Origin: a virus
Taxonomy: Duplodnaviria > Caudoviricetes
Length of the DNA: 55,398 nucleotides
IMG/VR virus record: IMGVR_UViG_3300032236_000985
Span: 1-55,398 of that record
Strand: one strand, 5' to 3'
In this document: one piece after another, positions 17,433-27,605 of the stretch
Layout: the number at the start of each line of letters is the position of its first letter
Position numbering within the stretch: the first letter of the stretch is position 1
Translations under genes and position numbers: made by a program
Notes under the pieces: generated by a model
Told to the model about the DNA's origin: nothing
Databases searched by the model: none
What the model saw: only the letters and a program-made list of their open reading frames with translations

Positions 17433-17741
17433 ATGAGTGCGAATATTAAGTGTGTTAGATTAGTTACTGGCGAAGATATTATTTGTGATCTGGTTGAAAA
17501 TACCGATTCATATACTTTCAATAATCCAGTGCAATTAGGTATGGTTCCTTCGCAGACTACTGGGCAACCAACCTTTGGGTTTGTTCCTTTCCCAGTATAT
17601 GGTAAGGATAAGAAAGATTTTTCTATGGAGATTTCAAAGCGTCACGTTGTATTCGTAACGGAAGCTGTCGATGAATTTATTACCCAGTATAGGTCTATGA
17701 ATTCGGGTATCGTTACTCCTTCGCAGGGACTTATTGTTTAA
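17433..17741 (+). CDS. Conserved T4-like hypothetical protein (Sm-like)
   Basis: IKCVRLVTGEDII...SGIVTP; typical gene upstream of gp43. Confidence 0.6.
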   Translation: MSANIKCVRLVTGEDIICDLVENTDSYTFNNPVQLGMVPSQTTGQPTFGFVPFPVYGKDKKDFSMEISKRHVVFVTEAVDEFITQYRSMNSGIVTPSQGLIV

Positions 17742-17759
17742 GTCTTTGCGGAGATACAA

Positions 17760-20321
17760 ATGAGTGATGATTTTTATCTGAGCGCCAAAGTTTATGGCGA
17801 CAACATTTTGTATCGCGGATGGAGAAACGGAAAGAAGATTAGTTCTAAAATTCCGTATTCTCCCTCTATTTTCATTCCAACAAATGAAGAAACAAAATAC
17901 AAAACTCTGTACAACGAACCTCTGAAGAAGATTAAGCCAGGTTCTATTAAAAAGACTAGAGAATATGTGAAGAAGTATGAGTCTGTAGAGAATTTCAAAA
18001 TCTACGGAAATACTAAATTTGAGTATTGTCTTATATCCGATCTTTTCCCAGATACCATCAACTGGGATATTAAAAAGATCAGAATAGGGATTGTGGATAT
18101 CGAAGTAAATTCAGATCCAGAAACTGGAGGATTTTCTAAACCGCATGATCCATTCCAGCCTATTATTTCTATTGCATATAAAATTCTTGGCGAAAACAAG
18201 ACTTATCTTTTAGGATATGATGATTTCGATCCTGCTGAAAATGTAGTGTATATTAAATGCAGAGACGAATATGATCTTTCAAAGAAATTTATTGATGTTT
18301 GGAGTCTAGATTATCCAGATGTTATTTCTGGTTGGAATAGCGATAATTTCGACTTAACCTATATGATCAATAGATTCAATAAGATCATTGGCGAAAAGGA
18401 AACGAGGAGAATGTCTCCTTGGGGAATTATTACAAATAGAGTTGTAAAAAGATACAATCCAAAATTTAACAGATTTGAGGAAGATAATTTCTATAATATC
18501 TATGGGGTTGCTTCGCTTGATTATCTTGAAGTATTCAAAAAGTATCATCCTGATGGAAAATCCCAAGAGCAATATAAGTTAGACTTTATTGCAGAAACTC
18601 AGATTGGCCAGAGAAAGGTTGAGTATGAAGGAACTCTGCATCAGCTTTATACTAGAGATAAACAAAAGTTTTACGAATATAACATTCAAGATGTTAATCT
18701 GATTGAACAGTTAGATAATAAATTTAATCTATTTTATCTCGTATTGGCACTTGCGTTTTATACTAAGACAAATTTCGAAGATCCATATCATCAAACCAGA
18801 TTGGGTGATGCTCTTTGTTATAATAACTTAAAAGCAAAGAATATTCAGGTTCCTAATTTTAACGATAATGAGGCTTTGGAATATGCTGGAGGATTTGTAA
18901 AGAAACCTTTACTTGGATTCTATAAATGGCCAGCAACTGTTGACGCAACAAGCCTATATCCTTCTGTAATTAATGGATTCAATATTAGTCCCGAGACTAT
19001 TGTTAATCCTAAAGATTATACGGATAATATGCGTAGAATATTATCACAAGGATTATCTGTTGATTCGATTTTGAATAAACAAGTTGATCTAACGGGACTT
19101 GTTGAAGATAAAGTTTGTTTGGCTCCAAATGGTCAATTCTTTAGGACGGATATCAGAGGGTTTATTCCTGACATCGTTGAAGACCTCTTCAATAAAAGAA
19201 GAGAATATAAAAAGACAATGTTGGATTATGAAAAAGACCTTGAAGTAGCTAAAAAGAATGGAACAGATACGAAGGAATTATTGAACAATATTGCAAAATA
19301 TAATGCGTTACAAACAGCAACTAAGTTGGTTGCTAACTCAGTATATGGAGCGTTGGGTAGTAAGTATTTCAGATTCTATGATTCTAAGCTAGCAGAAGCA
19401 ATTACTTTGTCTGGACAACTAGCGAATAAATGGACAGCTAAGAATTTAAATGATTTCTTTAATACGTTATTGAAATCTGATAAGGATTATATTCTGTTTA
19501 TGGATACCGATTCTTGCGGAATTTATATGGGTGAATTGGTAGATAAATTTATTCCAAAAGAAAAGACGAGAGAAGAAATAGTACGAATTCTTTATAGAAT
19601 GATTACTGAAAAGATTCAGCCAAAGATCGATGATTTCTGTTCTGAACTTGGTACGCTACTAAACGTCTATAAGAATACTATTTCTTACAAATTGGAAAAG
19701 ATTTGTTCTTCTGGTATCTTTGTCGCTAAGAAGAGATACGCTCTAAACGTATTTGCTAATGAAGGCGTATTTTACAACGAACCTAAGATCAAGGTAACGG
19801 GGTTAGAAATTGTTAAATCTTCAACCCCTGCTATTGTAAGAGATGCCTTGAAGAATTGTATTAAAATTATTCTGGACGGTACTGAAGACGATTTAAAAGA
19901 ATACTTACTTGAGTTTAAATCTACGTTTAACAGTATGCCAATTGAGAAAATATCTTTTCCAAGAGGCGTAAAGGGTATGGACAAATATTATAGTTCTTCC
20001 TTTATATATGGCGATAAAACCCCAATTCATGTGCGAGGAAGTTTATTATTTAACCATTATCTTGAAGAAAAAGGATTACACGCTACTTACGAGCAGATTA
20101 AGGAATCCGATAAGATAAAATATTGTTATCTTAAACTTCCTAATCCAATTAGAGAAGATGTTATCTCTTTTCCTGAAAAACTACCAAAAGAATTTGGTTT
20201 AGATCCATATATCGATTATGATACAATGTGGAATAAAACATTTGTCGAACCTATCAGTTCAGTAACTGAACTCATTGGTTGGGAACTTGAAAAACGTAAT
20301 AAAATAGATGATTTCTTTTAA
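17760..20321 (+). CDS. 43: Family B DNA polymerase gp43
   Basis: DIE, GWN...FD, YNIQDV, DATSLYPS, K...NS.YG, DTDS, KKRY; C-tail KIDDFF. Confidence 0.97.
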   Translation: MSDDFYLSAKVYGDNILYRGWRNGKKISSKIPYSPSIFIPTNEETKYKTLYNEPLKKIKPGSIKKTREYVKKYESVENFKIYGNTKFEYCLISDLFPDTINWDIKKIRIGIVDIEVNSDPETGGFSKPHDPFQPIISIAYKILGENKTYLLGYDDFDPAENVVYIKCRDEYDLSKKFIDVWSLDYPDVISGWNSDNFDLTYMINRFNKIIGEKETRRMSPWGIITNRVVKRYNPKFNRFEEDNFYNIYGVASLDYLEVFKKYHPDGKSQEQYKLDFIAETQIGQRKVEYEGTLHQLYTRDKQKFYEYNIQDVNLIEQLDNKFNLFYLVLALAFYTKTNFEDPYHQTRLGDALCYNNLKAKNIQVPNFNDNEALEYAGGFVKKPLLGFYKWPATVDATSLYPSVINGFNISPETIVNPKDYTDNMRRILSQGLSVDSILNKQVDLTGLVEDKVCLAPNGQFFRTDIRGFIPDIVEDLFNKRREYKKTMLDYEKDLEVAKKNGTDTKELLNNIAKYNALQTATKLVANSVYGALGSKYFRFYDSKLAEAITLSGQLANKWTAKNLNDFFNTLLKSDKDYILFMDTDSCGIYMGELVDKFIPKEKTREEIVRILYRMITEKIQPKIDDFCSELGTLLNVYKNTISYKLEKICSSGIFVAKKRYALNVFANEGVFYNEPKIKVTGLEIVKSSTPAIVRDALKNCIKIILDGTEDDLKEYLLEFKSTFNSMPIEKISFPRGVKGMDKYYSSSFIYGDKTPIHVRGSLLFNHYLEEKGLHATYEQIKESDKIKYCYLKLPNPIREDVISFPEKLPKEFGLDPYIDYDTMWNKTFVEPISSVTELIGWELEKRNKIDDFF

Positions 20322-20332
20322 TTGGTGTAGAT

Positions 20333-20731
20333 ATGAATGATGATATGATTGCGAATTGGTCCTGTTTTGGTATTAATAAATTAGGAATATCTCTTGTTAA
20401 ATATACTCTTGATGATAGTGATGTATATAACGCTCAGATTACTTTTTTCTTAGATGATGCTAAAGAATATAAGAGTATTGAAGATAGGAAATCTATAAGT
20501 TTCCTTACAGATATGGTTATGTCATGTCCTAAATGTTTAGCAATGACTCTTGTTGATATGTATTCTACAATGTTCAGCGAAGCGACTATTGCGGCTATTG
20601 TTAGTATTTTTGATTCTGAAGGTAAACATATTGAATCTCTTAATCTAAATGAAGATTTTGATGATCATGTATCTGATAGTGAACTTGATGATGAAGATTT
20701 AAAAATTCCTGAGAATAGAACATTACATTGA
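20333..20731 (+). CDS. Acidic hypothetical protein
   Basis: 132 aa ORF with GGTG SD, in operon orientation. Confidence 0.55.
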   Translation: MNDDMIANWSCFGINKLGISLVKYTLDDSDVYNAQITFFLDDAKEYKSIEDRKSISFLTDMVMSCPKCLAMTLVDMYSTMFSEATIAAIVSIFDSEGKHIESLNLNEDFDDHVSDSELDDEDLKIPENRTLH

Positions 20732-20765
20732 TATAAGTATAGATGAGAGGGGTAGTTCCCCTCAT
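20732..20765 (+). promoter_or_regulatory. Late-promoter variant plus leader hairpin upstream of uvsX
   Basis: TATAAGTA (one mismatch to TATAAATA) followed by hairpin ATGAGAGGGG-tagtt-CCCCTCAT. Confidence 0.4.
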
Positions 20766-20794
20766 TAAAACAATCAACAAACAAAAGGTGTAAA

Positions 20795-21877
20795 ATGAGT
20801 AAACTAATGGATAAGTTAAAATCCGCTGGGTCTATTAAACAGACCTCAATTCTTTCCGAATCGTTGTTTTTCAACGAAAAGGAAACCGTACCAACCGAAG
20901 TTCCTATTATTAACATTGGTCTATCAAGTAGACTTGATGGCGGATTATCTTCTGGTCTGACATTCCTTGCTGGTCCGTCAAAGCATTTCAAGTCTCTTCT
21001 TGGGTTGCTATTGGTTAAGTCATATCTAGACAAGTACAAAGACGCTATCTGTCTTTTCTATGACTCTGAATTTGGTATCACGCCAGATTATATTACTGCT
21101 AACGGTATTGATACAAATAGAGTTCTACATATTCCTATTGAGCATTTAGAACAATTTAAATTTGATATCTCTAAACGTCTTGAAGAAATTGAACGAGGCG
21201 ATAAGGTTATCATTTTCGTAGACTCTGTAGGTAATCTTGCTTCAAAGAAAGAAGTCGAAGATGCCCTTGATGAGAAGTCTGTTGCAGATATGTCAAGAGC
21301 AAAGGTCATGAAGTCTCTTTGGAGAATCGTAACTCCTCATTTGACTACGAAGGATATTCCTTGCGTTGCTGTAAATCATACTTACCAAACAATGGAAATG
21401 TATTCTAAGACAATTATGTCTGGCGGTACTGGCGGTATGTATTCAGCAAATCAAGTTCTTGTTATTGGAAAGTCGCAAGAAAAGGATGGTACTGAATTAT
21501 CGGGATTTAATTTCACAATTAATATCGAAAAATCTAGATTTGTTAGAGAAAAGTCAAAGTTTACTTTTACCGTAACTTTTGAAGGTGGTATTAATAAGTG
21601 GTCAGGATTAATGGATATTGCTCTTGATCTTGGTTTCTGCGCTAAACCAAAACAAGGTTGGTATGCTAAGGTTGATTTGGATTCTGGTGAAATTGAAGAA
21701 AAGAATTACAGATTAAAAGATACGAATAATAAAGAATTCTGGGGACCAATTCTTGCATCAAAGGCATTTAATGATGCCGTACATAACAAGTATGGGGTTT
21801 CTAGTGGAACTTTATTGACTTCTGATGATATTAATAATGAATATGATGATGAAGATGGAGGCGAAGATTATGTATGA
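20795..21877 (+). CDS. uvsX: RecA-like recombinase UvsX
   Basis: AGPSKHFKS, FYDSEFG, DSVGNLAS, GGTG. Confidence 0.96.
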   Translation: MSKLMDKLKSAGSIKQTSILSESLFFNEKETVPTEVPIINIGLSSRLDGGLSSGLTFLAGPSKHFKSLLGLLLVKSYLDKYKDAICLFYDSEFGITPDYITANGIDTNRVLHIPIEHLEQFKFDISKRLEEIERGDKVIIFVDSVGNLASKKEVEDALDEKSVADMSRAKVMKSLWRIVTPHLTTKDIPCVAVNHTYQTMEMYSKTIMSGGTGGMYSANQVLVIGKSQEKDGTELSGFNFTINIEKSRFVREKSKFTFTVTFEGGINKWSGLMDIALDLGFCAKPKQGWYAKVDLDSGEIEEKNYRLKDTNNKEFWGPILASKAFNDAVHNKYGVSSGTLLTSDDINNEYDDEDGGEDYV

Positions 21878-22172
21878 AGCTAATTATGAATTGAAAGAAG
21901 ATGTTGATTATGAATTCGTTTACAGCGAAGAAGAACCAGAAGCAGCTGTTAAGTTTATTACTGGCGATTTTCCTGGCGTTTCGGTAAGATTCGGAAACGT
22001 ATCCTTAAAGGAAGATGAAGGCGAAGCGTATTTAGATTTTAAGTTTTCTGTTGTTGATAATAATGGTTCTTTGTTTTTGGAAGAAAATGAAGAGTTTAAG
22101 AACTACTTGGGGGATGTATTGACTTCTATTATATGGAATAATATTATTAAAGAACAGTCAGAAACCAAGTAA
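21870..22172 (+). CDS. Conserved hypothetical protein in the gp40 position
   Basis: Lies between uvsX and gp41; GGAGG SD before ATG 21870. Confidence 0.5.
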   Translation: MYEANYELKEDVDYEFVYSEEEPEAAVKFITGDFPGVSVRFGNVSLKEDEGEAYLDFKFSVVDNNGSLFLEENEEFKNYLGDVLTSIIWNNIIKEQSETK

Positions 22173-22181
22173 GAGGTAATC

Positions 22182-23558
22182 GTGAGAATTGAACATGTTA
22201 TTTTGAAATCTTTGATCTTTAATGAAGATTATACAAGAAAAGTACTGCCTTTTTTGAAAGAAGACTATTTTGGCGATAGAGTTGAGCGATTGGTATTTAA
22301 TGAGATTGATTCTTACGTATCGAAATACAACTCTACTCCAACATATGAATCTTTAGTTATTGAAGTTAATAATAAAAAAATAACTGATGATGAGTATAGA
22401 GAATCAATCGAATTATTAAATGAGTTTAATGATCATAAATCAGAAACAAGTAAAGAAGATTGGTTGATTACTGAAACTGAAAAGTTTTGTCAAGATAGAG
22501 CCATTCTTAATGGCGTCAGAGAAGCAATTACCATCCTTGATGGTAAAAGTAAAACTCATGACAAGGGAGCGATTCCTGATATCTTGACTAAAGCTTTATC
22601 AGTTAGTTTTGATAGTAATATCGGTCACGATTATATTGATGACTTTGAATCTAGGTATGATTTCTATCACAAACAAGAAGAAAAGATTCCATTTGATTTA
22701 GATTATCTTAATAAGATAACTAAGGGAGGACTTCCGAAGAAGAGTCTTAACATTATTCTTGCGGGTCCAGGGGTTGGTAAGAGTCTTTTGATGTGTCACC
22801 ATTCTGCTACTTGTTTAATGCAGGGACGTAATGTTTTATACATTACTATGGAAATGGCAGAAGAAAGAATTGCAGAAAGAATTGATGCTAATCTATTAAA
22901 CGTCACCGTTGATGATTTACAGAAACTTGGGAAAGATGATTATTCGAAACGAGTTTCCAAATTAAAGACTGGTAAAATTGGTAAGTTAATTATAAAGGAA
23001 TATCCAACAGCTTCTGCAAGCGTTAACCATTTCAGAGCATTATTAAATGAACTTAATCTGAAAAAGAACTTTAGACCAGAAATTCTAGTAATTGATTATA
23101 TGAATATCTGTGCTTCTGCTAGGTTGAAGATGGGCGCAACGGTTAATTCTTATGCGTTTGTTAAAAGTATTGCAGAAGAATTAAGAGGATTAGCTGTAGA
23201 GTTTAATGTACCAATCCTTACTGCTTCTCAGTTAACCCGAAGCGGAGCGGCAAGTTCTGATCCCGGTATGGATGATGTTTCTGAATCTTTTGGCGTTGCA
23301 GCAACTGCTGATATGATGTTTGCTCTTATTTCTACTGAAGAACTTGAACAACTTAACCAGATAATGATTAAGCAAATTAAGAATAGATATTATGATCCGA
23401 CTAAGAATAAGCGATTTGTTATTGGCGTCGATAGATCTAAAATGAAACTTTATGATGCCGAAGCTTCTGCTCAACATGGTATTGTAGATTCTGGACAACC
23501 AGAAATGGATAATAAACAAAAGTTCAATAAGAAATCATTTGACGAATTCAAGTTCTAG
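22182..23558 (+). CDS. 41: Replicative helicase gp41
   Basis: AGPGVGKS, YITMEMAEE, IKEYPT, IDY, SESFG, KNRY. Confidence 0.96.
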   Translation: MRIEHVILKSLIFNEDYTRKVLPFLKEDYFGDRVERLVFNEIDSYVSKYNSTPTYESLVIEVNNKKITDDEYRESIELLNEFNDHKSETSKEDWLITETEKFCQDRAILNGVREAITILDGKSKTHDKGAIPDILTKALSVSFDSNIGHDYIDDFESRYDFYHKQEEKIPFDLDYLNKITKGGLPKKSLNIILAGPGVGKSLLMCHHSATCLMQGRNVLYITMEMAEERIAERIDANLLNVTVDDLQKLGKDDYSKRVSKLKTGKIGKLIIKEYPTASASVNHFRALLNELNLKKNFRPEILVIDYMNICASARLKMGATVNSYAFVKSIAEELRGLAVEFNVPILTASQLTRSGAASSDPGMDDVSESFGVAATADMMFALISTEELEQLNQIMIKQIKNRYYDPTKNKRFVIGVDRSKMKLYDAEASAQHGIVDSGQPEMDNKQKFNKKSFDEFKF

Positions 23559-23567
23559 TTATATACT
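23539..23567 (+). promoter_or_regulatory. sigma70-type promoter at the head of the deaminase/glycan island
   Basis: TTGACG-17 nt-TATACT. Confidence 0.55.
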
Positions 23568-23573
23568 AGGATA

Positions 23574-23990
23574 ATGAAAATAGATTTGAAAATTATTGAA
23601 AATTTGAAAATTCTCACAAGGACGTCAACTCATCCGTCGGTATGGGTTGCGTCCTGTCTTGTTCATAGGAATAAAATAATTTCCTATGGCATTAATTGTA
23701 TGAAATCGCATCCTTATCAAAAAAAGTACGGTAGGAATGAAGAGGCCATATACTTTCACGCTGAAACCTTGGCAATATATACTGCAGACAAAAAACTTGG
23801 ATTCGATAAGTTTGAGAATTCAATCCTTTATGTTTGTAGATTAAAATATGAATCCACCGAGAAACTATCTTTGGTGAATGGAATGGCAAAGCCTTGCGAT
23901 GGCTGCATGCGTTGTATACAAGATTATCGCATTAAATCTGTGATATATACGATGGATGAACAAGATAATTATGGAGTTATGGTGATATGA
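23574..23990 (+). CDS. Zn-dependent cytidine deaminase-superfamily protein
   Basis: FHAE...AKPCDGC. Confidence 0.78.
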   Translation: MKIDLKIIENLKILTRTSTHPSVWVASCLVHRNKIISYGINCMKSHPYQKKYGRNEEAIYFHAETLAIYTADKKLGFDKFENSILYVCRLKYESTEKLSLVNGMAKPCDGCMRCIQDYRIKSVIYTMDEQDNYGVMVI

Positions 23991-24724
23991 AACAAGCAGC
24001 AATTATTATTCCTACTACTGGAAACTCTAAGGTTGAGTATGCAGTCGAATCTGCGTTAAAACAAACCTATAAAAATACTAAAGTCTATCTGATTATTGAT
24101 GGATCGGAACATTCTTATAAAGTAGATAGGACTGATTGGGATTTGGATCTTGATTATGAACAACGCGATAGGTTATTAATCTATGAATTGGAAGAAAATA
24201 CTGGCGCCAATGGTCAAAACGGACATAGAATCTATTCTGCTATGTCTTTCTTATCAAATGCAGATTATCTTTTTTATCTAGATCAAGATTGTTGGTTTGA
24301 TGAAAATCATGTAGAATCTTGTATTAAATTACTTGAAACAAAAGATTTGGATTGGGTATATTCTTTACGAAAAATTCATTCAAAATCTGCTGGATATTTA
24401 TGTAATGATGACTGCGAGAGTCTAGGAATGTATGCTCCAGTATTCGATTACCAATTAGTTGATACAAATTGTTATTGTATTAAACGAGAAGTTGCTATGA
24501 TGGTTGCTCCTTATTTTGTAGGAGGTTGGGGACATGATAGAAGATATTTACAAGTCCTTGCTACAAACTTTAAGAAGTTTGACTGTACTGGAAAATATAC
24601 TACTAATTACAGATTAGGTGGCGATAATAATTTGACTGGTGCATTTTGGGAAGCAGGAAACGCAAAAGTGGAAGAATTATATAAAGATAAAGAATTTCCT
24701 TGGAGAAAAAATAGTGAAATGTGA
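23987..24724 (+). CDS. Glycosyltransferase family 2
   Basis: IIIPT, AVESAL.QTY, IIDG, YLDQD. Confidence 0.85.
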   Translation: MKQAAIIIPTTGNSKVEYAVESALKQTYKNTKVYLIIDGSEHSYKVDRTDWDLDLDYEQRDRLLIYELEENTGANGQNGHRIYSAMSFLSNADYLFYLDQDCWFDENHVESCIKLLETKDLDWVYSLRKIHSKSAGYLCNDDCESLGMYAPVFDYQLVDTNCYCIKREVAMMVAPYFVGGWGHDRRYLQVLATNFKKFDCTGKYTTNYRLGGDNNLTGAFWEAGNAKVEELYKDKEFPWRKNSEM

Positions 24725-25094
24725 ATTAGAAGGCGAAATTAAAAAGGTAACTTATAAAAAGAATAAGATGATTGTTGAAGGTGACTTGACAGTAACTGAT
24801 ACATATCACTCATTTGATGAATTGTACGCTCACAGAATTATGCTTTTCATCGCCGTTATGAAAAATAATAAAGAACTTTCTTGGCGTTCAAGGCAACATA
24901 GTGACGGAAGTTCTTTTGATGATTGGTTTATTGCTGGAATGCGTTTACCTACTGGTGATGTCACTTATCATATTCCTGATAGATTTTGGGGTATGCTAGA
25001 TGATATTACTACTGAAGAAAAGTCTCCAGATTGGGACGGACATACCGCTGATGATGTTGTTATCAGATTGAATAATTGGGTACATACGCTATGA
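24714..25094 (+). CDS. Conserved phage protein with WDGH motif
   Basis: GTG 24714 with GGAG SD; YHSFDELYAHR, WRSRQHSDG, TYH, WDGH. Confidence 0.6.
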   Translation: MKCELEGEIKKVTYKKNKMIVEGDLTVTDTYHSFDELYAHRIMLFIAVMKNNKELSWRSRQHSDGSSFDDWFIAGMRLPTGDVTYHIPDRFWGMLDDITTEEKSPDWDGHTADDVVIRLNNWVHTL

Positions 25095-25837
25095 AAATTT
25101 TATACTTCATTTTCTCTTGGAGAGGGCAATTCGATAACGCTGTATTACTAGAACAGGCTCTTCTACCTTTTGGTAATGTTGTAGTTATCAATTCAGATGA
25201 TTCATATGAACTAGATGACTGGGTTAACATTGGTAATGATTGTTACTTTTCTGATCAATTTAAGAAAGCGTTAGAAATAGCTTCTAAGGATGAATATGAC
25301 GTATTCTGTCACATTCAAGCAGATGCGTCTTGTTCTGATATTGCACCAATTATTGAATCTGCTAAGTCTTCTTTTGAAAAGTATAATTGGGGAGTTTATG
25401 CTCCTAATGTTGATGATACTTTTTATATTCCAGAAAGAACTGATGTATTACCTCTTGAGGATGGATTAAAGGTTGTTGCAACTACAGATAATACATTCTG
25501 GTTTATTCATAAGGATATGATTGATGATATGATTAATAACCTTTCTCTTATGAAAGATAATCAACTTGGTTGGGGATGGGATTTATTGATCTGTGCCTTT
25601 GCACATAAGAAGCAAAGGAAAGTTATCAGAGATTATAATTACACGATTGATCATCCTGCTTCCACAGGATATAAGAAAGAACAGGCTGAGCAAGAGATGC
25701 AAGACATGTTCGCAAAGTGTCCAAATGATATTAAAGAAATAATCTATTACATAAAGATGCAGCCTAAGTCTCTTGCTAAGTATTATGGCAAACAAGATGA
25801 TATCATCACTTATGATACTGCGAGAGGTTTATTTTGA
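25091..25837 (+). CDS. Putative glycosyltransferase (GT-A-like)
   Basis: HIQADA, GVYAP, GWGWD; glycan-locus context. Confidence 0.5.
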   Translation: MKILYFIFSWRGQFDNAVLLEQALLPFGNVVVINSDDSYELDDWVNIGNDCYFSDQFKKALEIASKDEYDVFCHIQADASCSDIAPIIESAKSSFEKYNWGVYAPNVDDTFYIPERTDVLPLEDGLKVVATTDNTFWFIHKDMIDDMINNLSLMKDNQLGWGWDLLICAFAHKKQRKVIRDYNYTIDHPASTGYKKEQAEQEMQDMFAKCPNDIKEIIYYIKMQPKSLAKYYGKQDDIITYDTARGLF

Positions 25838-26691
25838 AAATTTGTTATCTTGATTTTTGGCCTGGATTTGATATTAAGTCTAACTGGTTCAATCTAGTCT
25901 TTAGGGAATATTTCGAGAACAAAGATTTGATTTTTTCAAACGATCCAACAGACGCAGACGTTATTGTTGCGTCTAGTTTTGGAAAAGAGCGTTTCAAGTA
26001 TAATGATTTAAAGGCAATTAAAATATTCTATACTGGAGAGAACGAAAGAGCGGAATTAGATTGGGCTGATTATTCTTTGAGTTTTGATTATGATACTCAT
26101 GGAGGAAGAAATCTAAGACTTGCTCATTGGTATTTGTACGTTAATTGGTGGAATGAACCTGATTTTAAACACGCACAGATATCACTAGATCAATTCAATC
26201 GTAAATGGGATCCAGAAGAACTTTGTAATAGACAAGGATTCTGTTCTATAATGATTGGAAATCCAGTACCCAATAGATTGCATGTTGCTAATATTGTAGA
26301 TTCCAATTTTGGACCAGTACACGCGTATGGTAAAGTTTTTGGTAATTATTATGATGGCGATAAAGTTAAACTGCTTGAGAATTATAAATTCAATATTTGT
26401 TTCGAGAATTCAATCACAGAAGGATATGTAACGGAGAAGTTACTTCAAGCAAAGGTTGCTGGATGTATTCCTATCTATTATGGACATTCTTCCTTTATGA
26501 AAGATTTTAATCCTTCTTGCGTTATAAATTATACCGATTTCGAAGACGATGCCGCTTTTATGACCGAAATGTATTCTCTTCAGAATAAAGATACTTTTAT
26601 CCTAAAAGCAAAGGAACCATTATTCCATAAGATGCCTAATCTAGATTTCTTGTATGAATTCTTGGATACGATTTTTAAAGGAAAGTTATGA
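25834..26691 (+). CDS. GT10 alpha-1,3/4-fucosyltransferase
   Basis: IFYTGEN and YKFNICFENSITEGYVTEKL..A..AGCIPIYYG (alpha-1,3-FucT motif). Confidence 0.9.
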   Translation: MKICYLDFWPGFDIKSNWFNLVFREYFENKDLIFSNDPTDADVIVASSFGKERFKYNDLKAIKIFYTGENERAELDWADYSLSFDYDTHGGRNLRLAHWYLYVNWWNEPDFKHAQISLDQFNRKWDPEELCNRQGFCSIMIGNPVPNRLHVANIVDSNFGPVHAYGKVFGNYYDGDKVKLLENYKFNICFENSITEGYVTEKLLQAKVAGCIPIYYGHSSFMKDFNPSCVINYTDFEDDAAFMTEMYSLQNKDTFILKAKEPLFHKMPNLDFLYEFLDTIFKGKL

Positions 26692-27605
26692 TAAAGAATT
26701 TTTTTGAAGTAAATGATCTTATCGCTGATAAGTTACAAAGTAATGAACCGTTTTCTGTTTTGAGAATTGATAATACAGCAACATATGTTATTAATTGTTT
26801 AACAAAAGGTGAAAGACCAGTTCACCAATTCTATAATGAAAATACTATGATAGAAGGAGGCGTTATTCCTTCTAATCTGGATTATGCATTTTCAGTCGTA
26901 TATCCAAAAACCCTTGAGGTTATGAAATCTTGTGATATTCTTGGATTCGTTGACGTCTCAAATCAAACAAGAAACGATCAACCGTTTTTAAATTTGTTTC
27001 CAGATAAACCTTTATTCTTTGATGTTGAAGCTGTTGATCCAGGCGGATTGACTGGACGATCCGTTTTCGGTAAATTAGATAATCCTTGGACAAAGTATTT
27101 AAAAGGAAAGAAGGTATTAGTAATATCTTCTCATGCTAATACGATTAAAGAACAATGGAAAAAGATAGATCAGATTTGGGGAGATGAACGCGAGTTGATT
27201 GCTCCATTTGAACTTGTTGATTGTATTAAAACTCCTTTCCATCCCGCAGTTGATGATAGGCAATATCCAGATTGCCATTCTTTTGAAGACCTTATTCAGC
27301 GAACAAAGGATATCATTGATACATACGAATACGATGTACTTTTATCCGGAGTGACTACACAATCTCCCTTTTACGCAGAACATGCTAAAGAAAGAGGTAA
27401 AGTAGGTATTCAAACAGGAGGAATAGTTCAACTATTTTTCGGTATTATTGGAAAGCGTTGGGAAATTAATTACAAAGCATATTATCCAAATGGAAGTAAC
27501 ATGTTTAATGAACATTGGACATATCCTTTGAAGATAGACGAACCTCAGAAGATTAATGATATTAGACATCTTGAAACTTCATACGCATATTGGAGCGGTC
27601 AATAA
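26688..27605 (+). CDS. Glycan-locus conserved protein (possibly GT-D-like)
   Basis: WTKYLKGKKVLVIS, GG.VQLFFGI.GKRW; context only. Confidence 0.45.
   Translation: MIKNFFEVNDLIADKLQSNEPFSVLRIDNTATYVINCLTKGERPVHQFYNENTMIEGGVIPSNLDYAFSVVYPKTLEVMKSCDILGFVDVSNQTRNDQPFLNLFPDKPLFFDVEAVDPGGLTGRSVFGKLDNPWTKYLKGKKVLVISSHANTIKEQWKKIDQIWGDERELIAPFELVDCIKTPFHPAVDDRQYPDCHSFEDLIQRTKDIIDTYEYDVLLSGVTTQSPFYAEHAKERGKVGIQTGGIVQLFFGIIGKRWEINYKAYYPNGSNMFNEHWTYPLKIDEPQKINDIRHLETSYAYWSGQ

Noticed and set aside
25810-25837. C-terminal ARGLF as another clamp-binding tail
   Set aside because: It lacks the [LI]-[DE]-x-F-F pattern shared by gp43, gp55, TET and the transferase.
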